DNA of 64,000 nucleotides from Octopus vulgaris (Eukaryota): NCBI GenBank assembly GCA_951406725.2, contig OX597822.1, forward strand, positions 47,678,001 through 47,742,000, given 5' to 3'. This document shows, piece by piece, positions 37,362 through 52,496 of this stretch (position 1 is its first letter; the number at the start of each line of letters is the position of its first letter). The notes beneath the pieces were generated by a model, which was given only the letters and a program-made list of their open reading frames with translations, searched no databases and was not told the origin of the DNA. The translations under genes and the position numbers were made by a program.

Positions 37362-37514
37362 CAGTCGTGAGCAAACTGTGCGGTCCGCGGGATTTCCTAA
37401 ATGCACGTCTAACGAAAAATTAGCTTGAATGTTTTTTTCTTCAGTAGTTCGGCCTGCCTGACAATGAGGTGTCCCTCATGCGGCCCGCTTCTCGAGAAAG
37501 GTTGCCTTTGTCCG
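37362..37514. mobile_element. hAT-Charlie-like MITE
   Basis: CAGTCGTGAGCAAAC...GCGGTCCGCGGG / GCGGCCCG...AAAGGTTGCC, with imperfect 8-bp flanks CGTTAGAC / TGTTACAC. Confidence 0.6.
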
Positions 37515-37827
37515 TGTTACACGGTCTTGCTGTTGTCTCTGGCCACGCATATGAAACACCATGAACCGCAAAATCAACTAAAACAAAAAAAGAACTACAC
37601 ACAACCGACTAAGCAGCACTTGGCCAATTAAACGTCAACTTCTAATCTACAGTCACGTTTTCATCTCATTCTACCTCTACCGCTCCAATAAGGACCTCCT
37701 CTCCTTTTTGTTAACGGATTGGTTCTGAACCTTTTGTAAGTCCTATGTCTCCTTTCACTGAATAATTGTTTTTTCTTTTATTCCTTACAAACACCTCTTA
37801 AAAGCAGATTTCAAAAATAAAATAAAG

Positions 37828-37864
<37 letters not shown>

Positions 37865-38994
37865 CCACCCAACACATGACTTTTTTATGAGCGTGGACTA
37901 GTGTCCTCTATTTTAAATTTTTATGGAAATTATTAAAGAAGGTGAAGGCTTGCATCATGAAATTAGGTTCTTTTTTAAATTCTTTCCAATCAAAATTTTA
38001 AAAGATATTTCCCCTGATATATTTTCTCACTTTTGCTCCATTGATGTAGTTTTCCTTGATGATAACAAAAGTTACATTCACTTTTTCTCTCCCTAGAAAT
38101 AAATAATATAAAAGTTAGAAGCACTTAAAGTTACGCAATTTTAGCCAATCGAAACCTCCATTGAGAAAATGACGGAAGTCGCAATTGCCTGCTTCCATAG
38201 AAACTGCGCAAATGTAACGAGACAATGAAGACGAAACATTTACGTGGTCTCTCGACCTGTTAGAAATAGCATTCAAGTCTTCCTTAAACTACACTTTACC
38301 GTCTAAAAGATTAAAAGTACAATATATTATACAACGTTGGTGGAGATGAACTTTCTGAATATAAAGCGGAATTGCTTTGAATACTATTGATCACAATTCT
38401 ACTTGATCAAGAATTTTTTTCCCATAATTAGAGCAACGATGCATCGTAATATGGTGTGTGTATGTGTATGCGCACGCATGCATGTGTGTGTGTGTGTGCA
38501 TATAAACATACATGTATGTATATTTATATATTTATGTTTGTGTGTATGTATATGTATACACACACACACTCATGCACTTACGAACGTGTGTTTCATTCTC
38601 CTTTTACACGATCTTTCTGCTTCTCTGTCTCTTCTCCCGGTCTCTATGTCTCTCTTTCACTCTGACGTTCCACTTCTGCCTTTCTTTTGGTCTCTATTTC
38701 TATGCGTTTGTTTCATAAACGCTGATTTCTTCTTCCCCCTCATCCTCCCCCACCGCCTTCCCGCTCTCCGTTCCAACTGTTACTCAAGGAGAAAATGTCG
38801 TCATATCTCCGTTGCAGTATTGGTTGCCTGTTTGTGTGTAATAAGTGTGAGTGAGATGTGCTAGTTGCATCGGTGATTCCTTCTGGAATCACAATAACGA
38901 CTGCAGCTCTAGCTTTTCCTTGTTTATCAGTAAACGTGACACTTGGTGTCGTCTGCTTTCATTCAGTACGTCACTGTTACGCGGTTAAGTGAAC

Positions 38995-39013
38995 TTCTTT
39001 TCTTTCTTTCTTC

Positions 39014-39100
<87 letters not shown>

Positions 39101-39190
39101 TTTCTCTTTTTCTCTTTTTCTCTCTTTTTCTCTCTTTCTCTCTTTTTCTCTCTTTCTCTCTTTCTTTTTCTCTCTTTCTCTCTTTCCTTC
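38995..39190. repeat. (TTTC)n and degenerate CT-rich repeat
   Basis: Seen directly. Confidence 0.95.
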
Positions 39191-39267
39191 TTTTGTGTCA
39201 TCTCCTATTTCGAAAATACGCATTTGTTTAAGTGTGTTCGTGCGTAATTGCTTAATTATGTATATAG

Positions 39268-39433
39268 ACGTAGGAATGGCGGTGTGATTAAGAAACTTGC
39301 TTTACAAAATCACGTGGTTTGGGGTTCAGTCACGCTGCGCGGCACCTTGAGCAAGTGTCTTCTACTATAGCCTCGGGCCAACCAATGCTTTTTGATTGGA
39401 TTTAGTAAGCGGAAACTGCGGAAGCCCGTCGTG

Positions 39434-39481
<48 letters not shown>

Positions 39482-39730
39482 CGTGTGCGTGCGTGCTTGC
39501 TGTCCTCCCATTCACCCCATTTGGCGACCGGGGGTTTCTTTCTGTTTACCTTTACCGTTGCTTGACAGCCGGTGTTGTTTTGTTTACGTCCTCGTAACTT
39601 AGCAGTTCGGCAAAAAAAATCTATTCGGATAAGTAACAAACTTAAAACTAAATGCTAGGTTCGAGTGGTTCGACTAAAACCCTTCAAGGCGGTGTATTCC
39701 AGCATGACAGCAGGCCAGTGACTGAAACAA
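39268..39730 (+). mobile_element. SINE family A
   Basis: Head to tail. Further + copies at 54035-54345 and 58810-59090. Confidence 0.85.
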
Positions 39731-39753
39731 AATTTTTTTAAATTACAACTGTA

Positions 39754-39814
<61 letters not shown>

Positions 39815-41683
39815 AATGGTTATATGTATGAGTATAGATGCTTTTGTGTCATATTTTGTCGTAATAATAGATTGGGTGGTGTATTGTTCGTGTGTCTTTA
39901 TGTACTTCGTCAGGTCATCATTAGGCTTTTGTTTGTCTTCCTAAACCTATTTCCATTTTGAAGTAATTGTAACTCTAGTATCTGTTACCTTTTAATTGTT
40001 TCGGTCGTAGGACGGCGGCTTGCTGGAGCACTGCCTTGAAGGATTTAGTAGGACAAATCGATGATAATATTTATTTCCTTAAAGCCTGGTATTCACTGCG
40101 TTGGTCTTTTTCACCGAACCGCTAAGTTACGGGGACATAAACACACCAGCATCAGCTGTCAAGCAATGCTGGTTGATAAACACAAAGAAACACACACAGA
40201 ACGAATTTTTCCAGATTCTGTCTACCAAATCCACTCCTAAGGCTTTAATCGGCCCGGCGGTATGGTATAAGACATTTGCCCTAAGTCACACGCTGTGGGA
40301 CTGAACCTCGAACCATGCGATTGGGAAACAAACTTCTTGCCACACAATCACATCAGAGCCTATCGACGCGTCTCGAAAATTTTATTTCGGATTTTGAGTT
40401 GTCACCTTTTGTTTTTGTTTTGTTAGGAAGAGTTTATCTTTGTTCACCAAAGTTTCTATGTCCTTGCTTCAAATAGTGCCTTGTTGAATTAAAAATATTG
40501 CCCGCCACATTATATTAGGATTTAGTTCGCTGTGACGCTGTAATCCCGATTTGCCTTTCCGTAGAACCATTTCACATCAACTAGATTCATTCACCTGCGA
40601 TTTCTGGTCATAACCGAAATGATTCGGTAGATAAGGTATCGAAATTGTTGAATATTGATTGTGTGATCAAATCCACATTAATAAATTTGTGTTTCTGCGC
40701 AGTACATTAAAATTTTTGTCTCAGTTCACCTAAACAGTATAAGGGAATAAGTATATAATAGCTAGCTACTAGCTCATATCTGCGATACGCTAGCGTACAC
40801 ACGCTGAGATTACTCATTTATATATCATTTCGAAATGATCTCAGTGCTGAGTACCTTCTCTTAACAGAAGATCTATCTTTTGAAGAAGGATGGCTGTTCT
40901 TAGAGCATCGCAAGAGTGCATTGCCTTATCTGTTCTGACTCATGGAGTTGTGACTTTAAGTTGCACCTCTTGACATCCTTGTTGACGAGCGACTCGATGG
41001 GTTGCGGTTTTTTTTTTTTAGCTCATTTCCGTTCGCATGGTGTCCGGGAGGTTCGTATACTCCCAAGTGGAGGAGATTTGTCTGACATCCATTTAACTCT
41101 AGAAAGCTGGAATGTAAGCGTTATTATTGGTGGTTATGCCATTGACTGAGTCTAGTGGGACCTTGTAATTAGCTTTTCAGATTTCATCTGTGTATTTATT
41201 GGAGTACACAAAACATACAACTTCATCTCGTCCCTCACACATAAACACATATACATTGGGACATGTACACACTGACTCACTCACTTTCTGTCTGTCCCTC
41301 TTCTTCCACTCTCTCTTTCTCTCTCTCTCTTACTCTCTCCCTCTCTCCACACACACACACACACACAATGTTACTTTTGTTTAACTGCTATGTCTACACA
41401 CATACATACGCATACATGCACACAGGAACACGCGCACGTTGGCACTTGCTAACGTACTCATGCATACACGTGCTGACATACTTAAATGCTCTTTAGCATA
41501 CACACATTTATATGCAAGTGCACACGCACACACACTTCTCTTACACACACTCTTGCTGTCTTTCTCTCACAAACGTTCTTACACTCTCTCTTTCTCACTC
41601 GCGCGTAATGCTTTGCACACCCCCGCTCTTCTTTTCTCTTGCTGTGTCGCTCTCACCCCTTCACACATTCACATACACATGCG

Positions 41684-41718
<35 letters not shown>

Positions 41719-42189
41719 GCGCACACACACACACACACACAAATTCATTGAAGTTCCGTATTTCTTAACCTCTCTTCCAGTGATGTTGGACCTACGTACG
41801 ATAGTCATGTCAGCCAACGACACGCTGCAGGCTTTTGCGTGACACACGCAGCTGGATTTTAGGTGACATGGGCTGGGCTTTGAACCAACACAAATTCTCC
41901 CTGCAATATACAAAGCTCATATTTGCATGCTTTTACACAATCTATTACGTCACATTAACATCAAATTAGAATCCTTCAAAACAAACACGAAGGAAAATTA
42001 GCTATATATAAACACACACACACACACACACGCCCACTAATTGATGTTAATTTCCCAACCCAAGGAGACTTTCCTCGCTAGGTTCTCCGATTGCCCTTGG
42101 AATTTTAACATTACTGCGAAGTTAAGAATTGAGAGTTTAGACACATACCCCCACACCAAAAATATGATCAGCATTATATACACACACAA

Positions 42190-42271
42190 GTATGTACGTA
42201 CGTACGTACATACATACATACATACATACATACATACATACATACATACATACATACATACATACATACAT

Positions 42272-42320
<49 letters not shown>

Positions 42321-42365
42321 TACATACATACATACATACATACATACATACATACATACATACAT
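42190..42365. repeat. (TACA)n/(CA)n compound microsatellite
   Basis: Seen directly. Confidence 0.98.
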
Positions 42366-42478
42366 GTGGGAGTGGTCAATCTATTGCCGGTGCTGTATCA
42401 GTAACAGTAGTTGTAGTAGTAGAGGTGCTTGTTATAGTTGTAGTAGAAGTAGTAGTAATGTTACGTTTGTTATATCGT

Positions 42479-42509
<31 letters not shown>

Positions 42510-42928
42510 TGTTTGTAAGAAAGAAGTAATTGTGGCTTGTGCGTGTTTCGAAATGTGGCACACACGCCCACCCGAGCACGCGCGTACGTGCACACCCAGG
42601 CAGAAACAGCACATGCACACTAGCACACATGCACATATAAACAAACAACACAGATGCATACGCACAAACAACACACTAGCAACGCACATAAACAACACAC
42701 AAACGCGGCTTTTCACACACACACACACATACCTATGTCTCATATCGATCGTTTACAATTGGTTATCTCCGCATTTGACTGATTGACTCACTTGTAATAA
42801 CTGTTCACCTCACCGTCATAACTGTATTGGTAGCGTTGCTTGTATCTTGTTGTTGTTGTTGTTGTTGTATATGTCATAATGTTTGTCGTTATACTACTGG
42901 TTGTACAGGTGCTGGTTATTCTGCTGGT

Positions 42929-43250
42929 GAAGGCGCGTAGCTTAGTGGTTAGGGTATCTGGTTTATGATCGATCGTGACGTGAGTTCGTCTTCTGGCGGT
43001 GCGATGTGTCCTTAAGCAAGACACTTTATTTCTCGTTACTCCAATCCACTCAGTTGGGAAAAAATGTGTTGCACCCGTAATTCAAACGGCTAACCTGGTT
43101 GCAGTCTGTGTCATGCTGAATCTCCCCGGGAACTACGTTAAGGGTGCGCGTGCCTGTGGAGTGCTCAGCCACATGCATAGTAATTTCACGAGAAGCCTGT
43201 TCCGCTGGTTGGATCGACTGGAACACTCGTCGTCGTAACCGACGGAGGAC
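42929..43250 (+). mobile_element. SINE family C, tail type 2
   Basis: Same head and CORE as 6643 (TGTGTCCTTAAGCAAGACACTTTATTTC..CCACTCAG), then an unrelated 3' part (CTACGTTAAGGGT...GTCGTAACCGACGG). Confidence 0.8.
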
Positions 43251-43697
43251 CGGTTTTTTTTTTTCTTTTTTGTAGTGTTGGTTTGAGGGTAATGGTGGTG
43301 ATGTTTGAACACTCACTCGTACAGCTTGTTCTTTTTGTTGTTGTTGCGTGCGTGCATGTGTGTGTGCGATGGTGGTTGATATTGTAGTGGTGGTCATGGT
43401 TGCACTTGTAGTTGTTGTTCTAGTATTTTTTTTTTGCCGATCTGTTAGAAGTTGCTGTAGTTCTGCCGCTGGTAACTCTTTCTAGTTTCACACATTGGAC
43501 TGCAGCCTTCTTGGGGTCTCGCTTTGAAGAGTTTTAAGTCAAACAGATCGCTCCCAGTACTTATATTGTTTTTTAAAGTCCCCCTACTTATTCTATTGAT
43601 CTCTCTTGCCTTAATCGCTAAGTTACAGCGACGTAAGCAAACCAGCAATGTTTCTCTAGCGGTTGATGGTGATATACACAACCAAAACTCAGAGACG

Positions 43698-43772
<75 letters not shown>

Positions 43773-44494
43773 ACTCCTGAAAGTTTATCTGAGAGAAGAA
43801 ACTTGTAAAGCAGTTTATATTCTGAACTCAGGGTTTGAACTAAGGCCATAAGCAGCCGGAATGAAAACCGCAAAGCTGCATAAATTTTATTCTTAAGAAA
43901 CATTTCACTTGAAAAGAAGTTTATATTTATATGACAAGAATTGTATAAATTCATAATATCAGCAGATGTAATTTTACTTACAAACAAATGCAATAGGGCC
44001 TCAGAGATACGATAAGTGAGAAGTACGATTGGATAATAGTTCTGAATTATTACAGGGCAAAACTGAATAAAATACACAAAATATTTTAATCTTTTTTGTG
44101 CAATTCCTAATAATTTTTAATTATAAAAAATACAGTAAGATTTCTTTTATATGCATTGAAAGGCTCATGAAGGCCCAGTATAGTGAAATAGGAATTAAAG
44201 GGGTACATAGGGGAAAATGGTTGAGAACTATAATATCCTTTCTCTATTGTAGAAGTCTATTTTCTTCTTCCAACCTTTCTCTCTAAGTTACGGTACCTTT
44301 TCCTCTCTTAATCATTTTCCCCATACCGCCTGAAATTTCACTATCTGCTCGCATGATTCACTGTCACGGAAGCTACTGAACGTTTGCTCTCTGTCTGTCT
44401 GTCTGTCTCCCCCTCTCTATCTCTCAATCTCCTATTTATATGTCTTGCTGTATAACTTTTTTGTCTCTTTACCATTGCTTTCACCATCTAGCGC

Positions 44495-44556
<62 letters not shown>

Positions 44557-45181
44557 TGTATGTGAGTAATATATATATATATATATATACAGAGAGAGAG
44601 AGAGAGAGAGAGATGTAGATATAGATATAAACGTGTGTCTGCAGGTATGTATATACATATATATATTATAAATATAACGTGTCTGTATCTGTTTCAGTTT
44701 CCTCTTCTCCCTTAACTCCCTTTATCCCAGTGCTATGTTCAATCCAGTGATCTCTAATCAACCATAAACATTAGTACACACACGTTAATGAACGTGAAGT
44801 GAATACATTTGCATAAACACGCGTACACGCATGCGTACGAGCGAAATCCAACGAGTCATGCTTATTTAGGTGCACGTGCACACACACCTACACACAGTTA
44901 TATGCATACACCTACAGACATGTACAGGGTGGCTTACGTTTAGATGCATTCTTAGATACGTCTTGGCATACATGTTTATTTAAGCACACACACACATACA
45001 CATATGCACACATACACATTCACATCGCAAGTATTCACACTTTTTTTTTTTACACACAGTAACTCTCACACGTTCACTTTCGCACACCTATATTCCTATT
45101 TTGACTCAAACACACACATTGAGATGCACTTTGATAAATGTGATGCAATGATGCTTACACAAACCTCCATCTTTGAGCACA

Positions 45182-45248
<67 letters not shown>

Positions 45249-45362
45249 TCTTTCTGTGCAGGCATTCTCTCTCGCGTGTTACGTTCCACCACCCCCACTA
45301 CTACCACACACTTCCTCCACAGTCACCCGTGGGTAAACTAATTAATCATATTACTCATAAGT

Positions 45363-45552
45363 AATATATATATATATATATATGTATACATATATATATG
45401 TATATGTATATATACGTATATATATGTGTGTGTGTGTATATATATATATGTATGTATGTATATATATATATATATATGTATACATATATATATGTATATG
45501 TATATATACGTATATATATATGTGTGTGTGTGTATATATATATATATGTATG

Positions 45553-45583
<31 letters not shown>
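45363..45583. repeat. Complex TA/TG microsatellite with a higher-order duplication
   Basis: The block TATGTATACATATATATATGTATATGTATATATACGTATATAT..GTGTGTG..TATGTATGTA occurs twice. Confidence 0.85.
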
Positions 45584-45585
<2 letters not shown>

Positions 45586-46749
45586 GCGCATAAAGATTTG
45601 ACAGTGTTGCTTCCACTCATTTCCAAGTGCTTATTCCGAACCCGTGTCGGTGACTTCCGTCAAATTTCCTCACATTCCCCGGCGTTCAATTAACCATGCA
45701 TAAATACGCAGACGACCGTCTTTCCCACCACCACCACCACTACTACTTCTACTACCACTACCACCACCATCATCATTATCAATTTTATCATCCTAATCGT
45801 AATTACCACCATCAACGCCAACAGCGCTGCTATCACCGCCATTTCTTCACCAACACTGCGACTGCAAGCACCACCACCGACGTCATCAGCATCAACCACT
45901 CCGACTACTATCACCGCAGCTGCGACTTGCATCACCACCGCCACCTGCACTACTACCACCACCATCACCAGCACTATCATCAACATTCCATCACAACTAT
46001 CATCAATGCTATCGCACTCTCTCCGCAGCCACCACCGCCGCCACCCGGTTACTAACGGTAGCATTTACACCGTCGCCACGTCCACCATTATAGCATTCAC
46101 TTGACCAAATATGAATACATATCATCCATGTAATGGTAACATTCATCAGTGAACAATTCATGCTTCATTTGGTTACTTCTCTCCCTTCTTCCTATTCCAC
46201 CTCTGTATATCTGCCTCTTTTTCTCTCTCTGTCTCTCTCTCTCTCTCGGTGTCTGTGGGCGGAAACGAATATTGCAAACCGTGTACGCCGTCGTAAAACT
46301 TACGTGTTATAAATATTTGGATGAAATAATCGTTAAAGCACCGGACAAAATGTATTTCAGTGTTTAGTTACAAATCCTGCTTTCAATTCAAATCTTGTCG
46401 AGGTCAACTGTCTTTTACCCTTTCGAGATAGCTTTTTTTTAAAAAAAAGGAAAGAAAGAAAAGAGAAAGAAGGAAGAAAAGTACGAATTGAGTGCATGGG
46501 GTCGATGTAAAACTGTTCCCTCTCTCATGCCTATGTCAGAGATTATGCATAAATTATTTGTATCTTTTAGCAGTTTTCTTTTATTTATTCCAGTCATTTG
46601 ATTGCGGCCATGCTGAGGCACCGCTTTGAAGAACTTTTAGTCGAATCCGTTCTTATGCTGGTTCTTATGCTATCGGTTAATTTTACCGAACCTTTAGGTT
46701 ACAGGGACGCAAACACACCAACATCGGTTGTCAAGCGGTTGTGGGGACG

Positions 46750-46803
<54 letters not shown>

Positions 46804-47529
46804 ACACACACACAACGCGCTATTTATATGATATTATTTTACCAGTCAAAATGTGTGTTCGGGTGTTATTACGTTTTTAAGACAACGGTGGAATGAAATC
46901 GAAAACAAAATTGAAACCTTTAACGTTCTGAAACAATATTACGAGGCTCTATAAATCTATAAATCAAAGTAGAAATATAAACTCTAATAAAGAGAAAGGA
47001 TTTCCACGGGCTCTGCTCGTTTGTAAAGTAGGAAAGAACAGTAAATAACGGAAACATTAGTAGGGTATGTCTCACTATGTTTTAAATTCGTATTGCTTTG
47101 AGTTTAAAAAATTTTTTTTATCTGTCCTTCCGAGGCTCGATTAAATAAGAAACAGCTATGTATTGGGAGTCAATTTGCTCAATTATGTCCGCCAGCATTT
47201 CTGGTTCCTGAATTCAGAAAGTAAAGAGCTGGAACAAGTTTCACAAATCTTTTGTCCGACGCACTAATAATTCCTAACACGCTCAAAGCTACAAATTTAC
47301 GAGGGAGGTTGTGGTCAATTACATGAACCTAGTGCTTATTTTAGCCCCTCCCCACCGTCTACCCGTGAGGAAGTAAGCCAAGACGACCCTGACTGCATTT
47401 AAACTCTACCGATTAAGCCACACAACAGGTGTGGTTTTCATTTGTGGTCCTGCTGCTGTTGTTGCCGACGCGCTCTTTCGCGTTTCCTTTTCTTCTCGAT
47501 AGTAAACAGTCAAGTGGTCTATACTGCCA

Positions 47530-47751
47530 TGGTAGAAACGTTAGCACGCCGGGCGAAATGCGTAGCCGTATTTCGTCTGTCGTTACGTTCTGAGTTCAAA
47601 TTCCGCCGAGGTCGACTTTGCCTTTCATCCTTTCGGGGTCGATAAATTAAGTACCAGTTACGCACTGGGGTCGATGTAAAACGACTTGATCCCTTTGTCT
47701 GTCCGTGTTTGTCCCCTCTATGTTTAGGCCTTTGTGGGCAATAAAGAAATA
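47530..47751 (+). mobile_element. SINE family B, 5'-truncated, with TSD
   Basis: TATACTGCCA on both flanks. Confidence 0.88.
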
Positions 47752-48704
47752 TATACTGCCACACATTTAGCAACTGGGCCTTCTACACCGAGTCACCAGT
47801 CCATGGGACCCCCATCTACTGTTTCAGTGGGAAATAGCTCTGATATAGTTTTGTGTTCATCGAGAGGTGAGATTATCAAGACCTGGAGCTCCGTGCAGAC
47901 TTTCTCGGCCATGCTCACCACATGTCCCTAGTATTTCTCAAAGATGACAACAAACTAAAGGCCAGTGTTCGTGCCTAGTCTTTTGTGACATTACCTCATG
48001 CACTTTCTCCCCTTTTCTCAAGTTGCTGGTTTTGGCTTGTTTTGGGTGCTGCCGTTACTGTCTTTACTGTTTCTTTCGGATCTTATTCTTTACCTTCTCT
48101 TGTACAACATTTACGCTTGAAGCGGTGTTTTTTTTTTTTTTTTTCTTTCAAAAAATTTACGTAGCGTTTGCTCACATTTTTGAGATAACTGCACCTCTTC
48201 CTGCTACAACTGAGGCCATTTTCGACCCTGAATTAATAATACAAAAAGATATGGCTCGCCAAACACGTTTAATATGGGGTAGACCTTTTATCAATCTGAA
48301 TGCTTTCTGATTTAATATATTGCAATAAATAAGAAATACTTTTTTTTCTAAGTTAATCCGGATGTGTCGCAAAGATCTGACATAAACGTTCGGTCGCTCC
48401 GACATTCACTGACAATAATAAAAGTTCTTCATGCTATAGGCACATGGCCTGGAATTTTGAGGGACTGGGCTACTCGATTACATCGACCCTAGTGTTCAGC
48501 TGGTACTTTAATGACCCCGAAAAGACGGAAGGCATAGTCGACCTTGGCGGAATTTGAACTCAGGACGTAATAAGCCGGAAGAAATGCTTCGCCTTCCAAT
48601 CTTCTTTCCTTATAACATTTAACAAAAGCGTCATATTTCACAGAAGCGATAATCTTTATGTGGTTATTTACAGGCCTACAGACACGTCTAGACACACACG
48701 CGCA

Positions 48705-48820
<116 letters not shown>

Positions 48821-49792
48821 AGCTGCCATTATGAACACAAACGCGCATTCATTCTTTCTAGAAACGCCCAAATCTATATCACCACACGCATTTTTGCATA
48901 CCTAGGCATACATACTCACTGACTCATGTATAAATATCTACACACACATACACTAGCGATCGTGACTTGCCTTTGTAATTACTTAACGGCCACTCTTCAC
49001 AGATCGTTTTCGTGAGCTATGGATGTCCATGACATCAAGGTTACATCTCGTTTTGTTTTCAGATTTGTGTTCATGACGTCCCTATGGAGTATAAAGCGAG
49101 ATCGATTATGTTTTTATTGTCCATTGGGTATTCAAGTTCTGCAAAGACAAATTTTTTAATGACATTTGGTAAACATACCCGCATACTGAAATTATTGTTT
49201 ATTTACTTTGTTGAAAATTTTATTGATGAGATGATCTTCCATACTTCAATTTTACTTGCCTGAGTGGCTTACTGTTCGGTAACCATTTATTCATACACAC
49301 ACACACATAAATACTAATAATTGTAGTTACATCTACGCATCTAAATACGCATGCTTGCTGTGACATTCATACGCGCATTCTGTAGATCTTCTGTGCAAAC
49401 ATGCAGTATGTTAACTAAAAAATATATACACGTATATTTGCACATTTAAATAAATACACATACGCACATATTAACATACACGAAAAAAAATGCCTGTACA
49501 TGTTTAATTACCACAACATACACACACGCACCCATTGTAATGCAACCAATGAGCAACTCTCTGCGCAGTTTATCGATCTGCTAAAAACTGCAGCTAGATT
49601 TTTAAATTACACGCTACTTTCTTTAAAAAAATAAAGGACACAGGATAAGGTAGTTACAGAGACTATTACTGGATAAATATATAAACGAGACTGTAACGCC
49701 TTTGAGAATTGATCCGTTCGATTATGACCGATGTAGGACTTAAAGCAATAGCTTACAAAATAAATAAACTATGTCTCTCACTGTTTCTCCCC

Positions 49793-49933
<141 letters not shown>

Positions 49934-50216
49934 ATACTCACACACTGTCATACACAATTATATTTGCACACAAGATTCTGTTTGCACACGACATTATTTA
50001 TAATAGGCAATACAACTTCCTGAATCGCGTATATTATATAAGCGACTCAGGAAGTTGCGCGCGTATGTGCACACAGTAACACCCACATACTCTCATGGAG
50101 CCATAGATATGTGCACATTAATTCGTTCTGGCAGACACTAATATGTAATAACCCCCCACCCCCACCACCATCACATAAACAAACACACATTGAAAATACT
50201 AACTTTTTGTATTCAT

Positions 50217-50870
50217 TCAAGTTATCTCAACCCCAAGAGGTTTTGTGTCGCAATTACCAATTAGCAATCGCGACCAACTCTGTGAATTCTTCGTTCTTGA
50301 GGTTATCTCTCCTTCTCCAATGGAGTGGGTCTCAATTGCCATTTGGTAATTATGACACATCGTCTAAAGGCAGAGATAATTTTAATAAATCAAGAATTTT
50401 ATTTGTATGGTATTTCATACACCTGTATTTGTCCTTGTTGCTTAAATACATACCACTGGGCTTCTCTGAGTTACTTCTTTCAGTGCATTTTTGTTTAATT
50501 TATGCAATTATTTAATTTACCTGGGCCATAAATGCGCCCTACACTTTTTGTATACGTCTCTATCTCTTGACTGCTGGAGATTGTGTATAGCAATTGTACT
50601 GATGACGTTTATAGAGGCAGAAACACGTGCCCACAACTGTCCTCTTATCTCCAAACAATAAGCCTGTTCATTTCCTTTATGACATATCAACTTCGGATTA
50701 ACTTGAGATTATCTCCCCTTTTCATATGAAGCTGGTCTCAATTGTCAAGTAGTAACTGTGACACATCCTCTAGAGACAGAAATATCTTAATTTATTAAGA
50801 CATTTATTTCTTGTATGGTATTTGATATACTTGTATTTGTCTATGCTATTCATATACATTTTGCTGGTCA
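50217..50870 (+). mobile_element. Decayed ~406-bp-period direct repeat containing an HHR remnant (retrozyme/PLE pLTR-like)
   Basis: 50296-50460 is repeated at 50702-50865. HHR remnant at 50591-50639: CAATTGTA CTGATGA cgtttatagaggca GAA AC-ACGT-GC C CACAACTG. Homologous to 61130-61470. Confidence 0.65.
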
Positions 50871-51354
50871 TTCTTTAATTTTTTTATGTTGGATAAAGTA
50901 ATATGCGATGTTTTATTCGTGTGTGCCTAAGTTCTGAACTGAAATGCGGTTGGAGTCGACTTTGCCTTTCATCCTTCCGATGCTGAAAGAATATCAGTCA
51001 AATGCTGAGGTTGATTAAATCAATTTTAACACCTCCCCTAAAATCGAGGCCTTGTGTCTGTGCTAGAAATCAGCATTTATACAGTGTAGATAAAAGGGAT
51101 CAGGTTTGTACTATATACAGGCTTTAACAGAGATTTCATCGGTGAAATTGGCGAACAACTTAAGATCCTCAGTGTAGACTTTAGGTCTGTAGAGAATATG
51201 TCACGTAGTGAGATTTCCGGAGGGTAACAGTTCTATTTAAAAATGATTTGCTGTAATATGTTGTTCATGTTTCTGGAGAAATATGGAAAAGAATAAATAG
51301 GCGAAGAGTTTTAAAATATTTTGAAGCAATGATGGCAGAGAAATACAATAGAGT

Positions 51355-51600
51355 GGAGGCGCGTGGCTTAGTGGTTAGGGTGTTGAACTCATGATCGTAA
51401 GATTGTGGTTTCGATTCCTGGACCGGGCGATGCGTTGTGTTCTTGAGCAAAACATTTCATTTCACGTTGCTCCAGTCCACTCAGCTGGCAAAAATGAGTA
51501 ATCCTACGATGGACCGGCGTCCCGTCCAGGTGGGGAATTTCTACGCCACTGAAACCAGGAAACCGGCCCTTATGAGCCTGGCATGGCTCGAGAAGGAACA
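51355..51600 (+). mobile_element. SINE family C, tail type 3
   Basis: Same head and CORE, then CCTACGATGGACCGGCGTCCCGTCCAGG...GAAACCGG...TGGCTCG and an A-rich end. Confidence 0.85.
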
Positions 51601-52496
51601 TTAAAAAAAAAAATAATACAAGGAACGGGTCTATAGGAATCGGGTAGGCTTCGACAATAATAGTGAGCACTGTTTATTACGCAGTTTGTTGAACGGTGAA
51701 CTCTGAAGAACTGTTAATACGCCGGAAAAGTGCTTAGTGCTATTTCGTCCCTTTTTACGTTCTGAGTTCAAATTTCGCCGAGGTCGAATTTACCTTTCGT
51801 CCTTGATGAAATTATTATCAGTTGAGCACTAGTGGGTCGATGTAATCGACTATCCCCCTCGCCCCAAATTTCAAACTTTTTGCCTATAGGGGAAGGAATT
51901 ATAAAGTTTGTGTGTTCAGAGAAACAGGAATTGTAGACACTATAGAAGACAAGAAATGGGGTAAAGATGTCATGTCACTTGACTAATGGTTATAGCGTGT
52001 TAAACAACTTTTTTACTTGTTTCAGTCACTGGACTGCGGCCATGCTGGGGTCATGCTCTTGACGGATTTATTCGAACAAATCTACCCCAGTGCTTATTGT
52101 TTGAAGTGTGACTCATATTCTATCGGTGTCTTATGTCGGACCGCTAAGTTGCGGGGACGTAAACAAACAGTAGTTGTTGTCAAGCAGTGGTGGGACTGGG
52201 AAGACGCGCGCGCACACAGCTTCCGTCTGCCAAATTCCCCACGATTCTCTGGTCGCAAGGTGCCACGCAATGGGACCTGAAACCGGAACCACGTGGTTGG
52301 GGAGCAAACTTCTCACCACACAGCCAAATAAAAATTGGTTGAAAAACATCCGGTGGATTTTTTTTTTATTGGAAGGGGTCTTTTTATTTTATTTACTTAG
52401 AAGTCTAACAAAGCCACTATCACTTAAGGACAAAAATTGAGGGAGATATTACGATTCATAAGCTGTTGCATTAAAAATCAGTGTAACTTAGATATC

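Noticed and set aside
45690-46064. His-rich and Val-rich ORFs (also 3954-4202)
   Set aside because: Degenerate (CAC/CAT/TAC)n low-complexity DNA, open on both strands.
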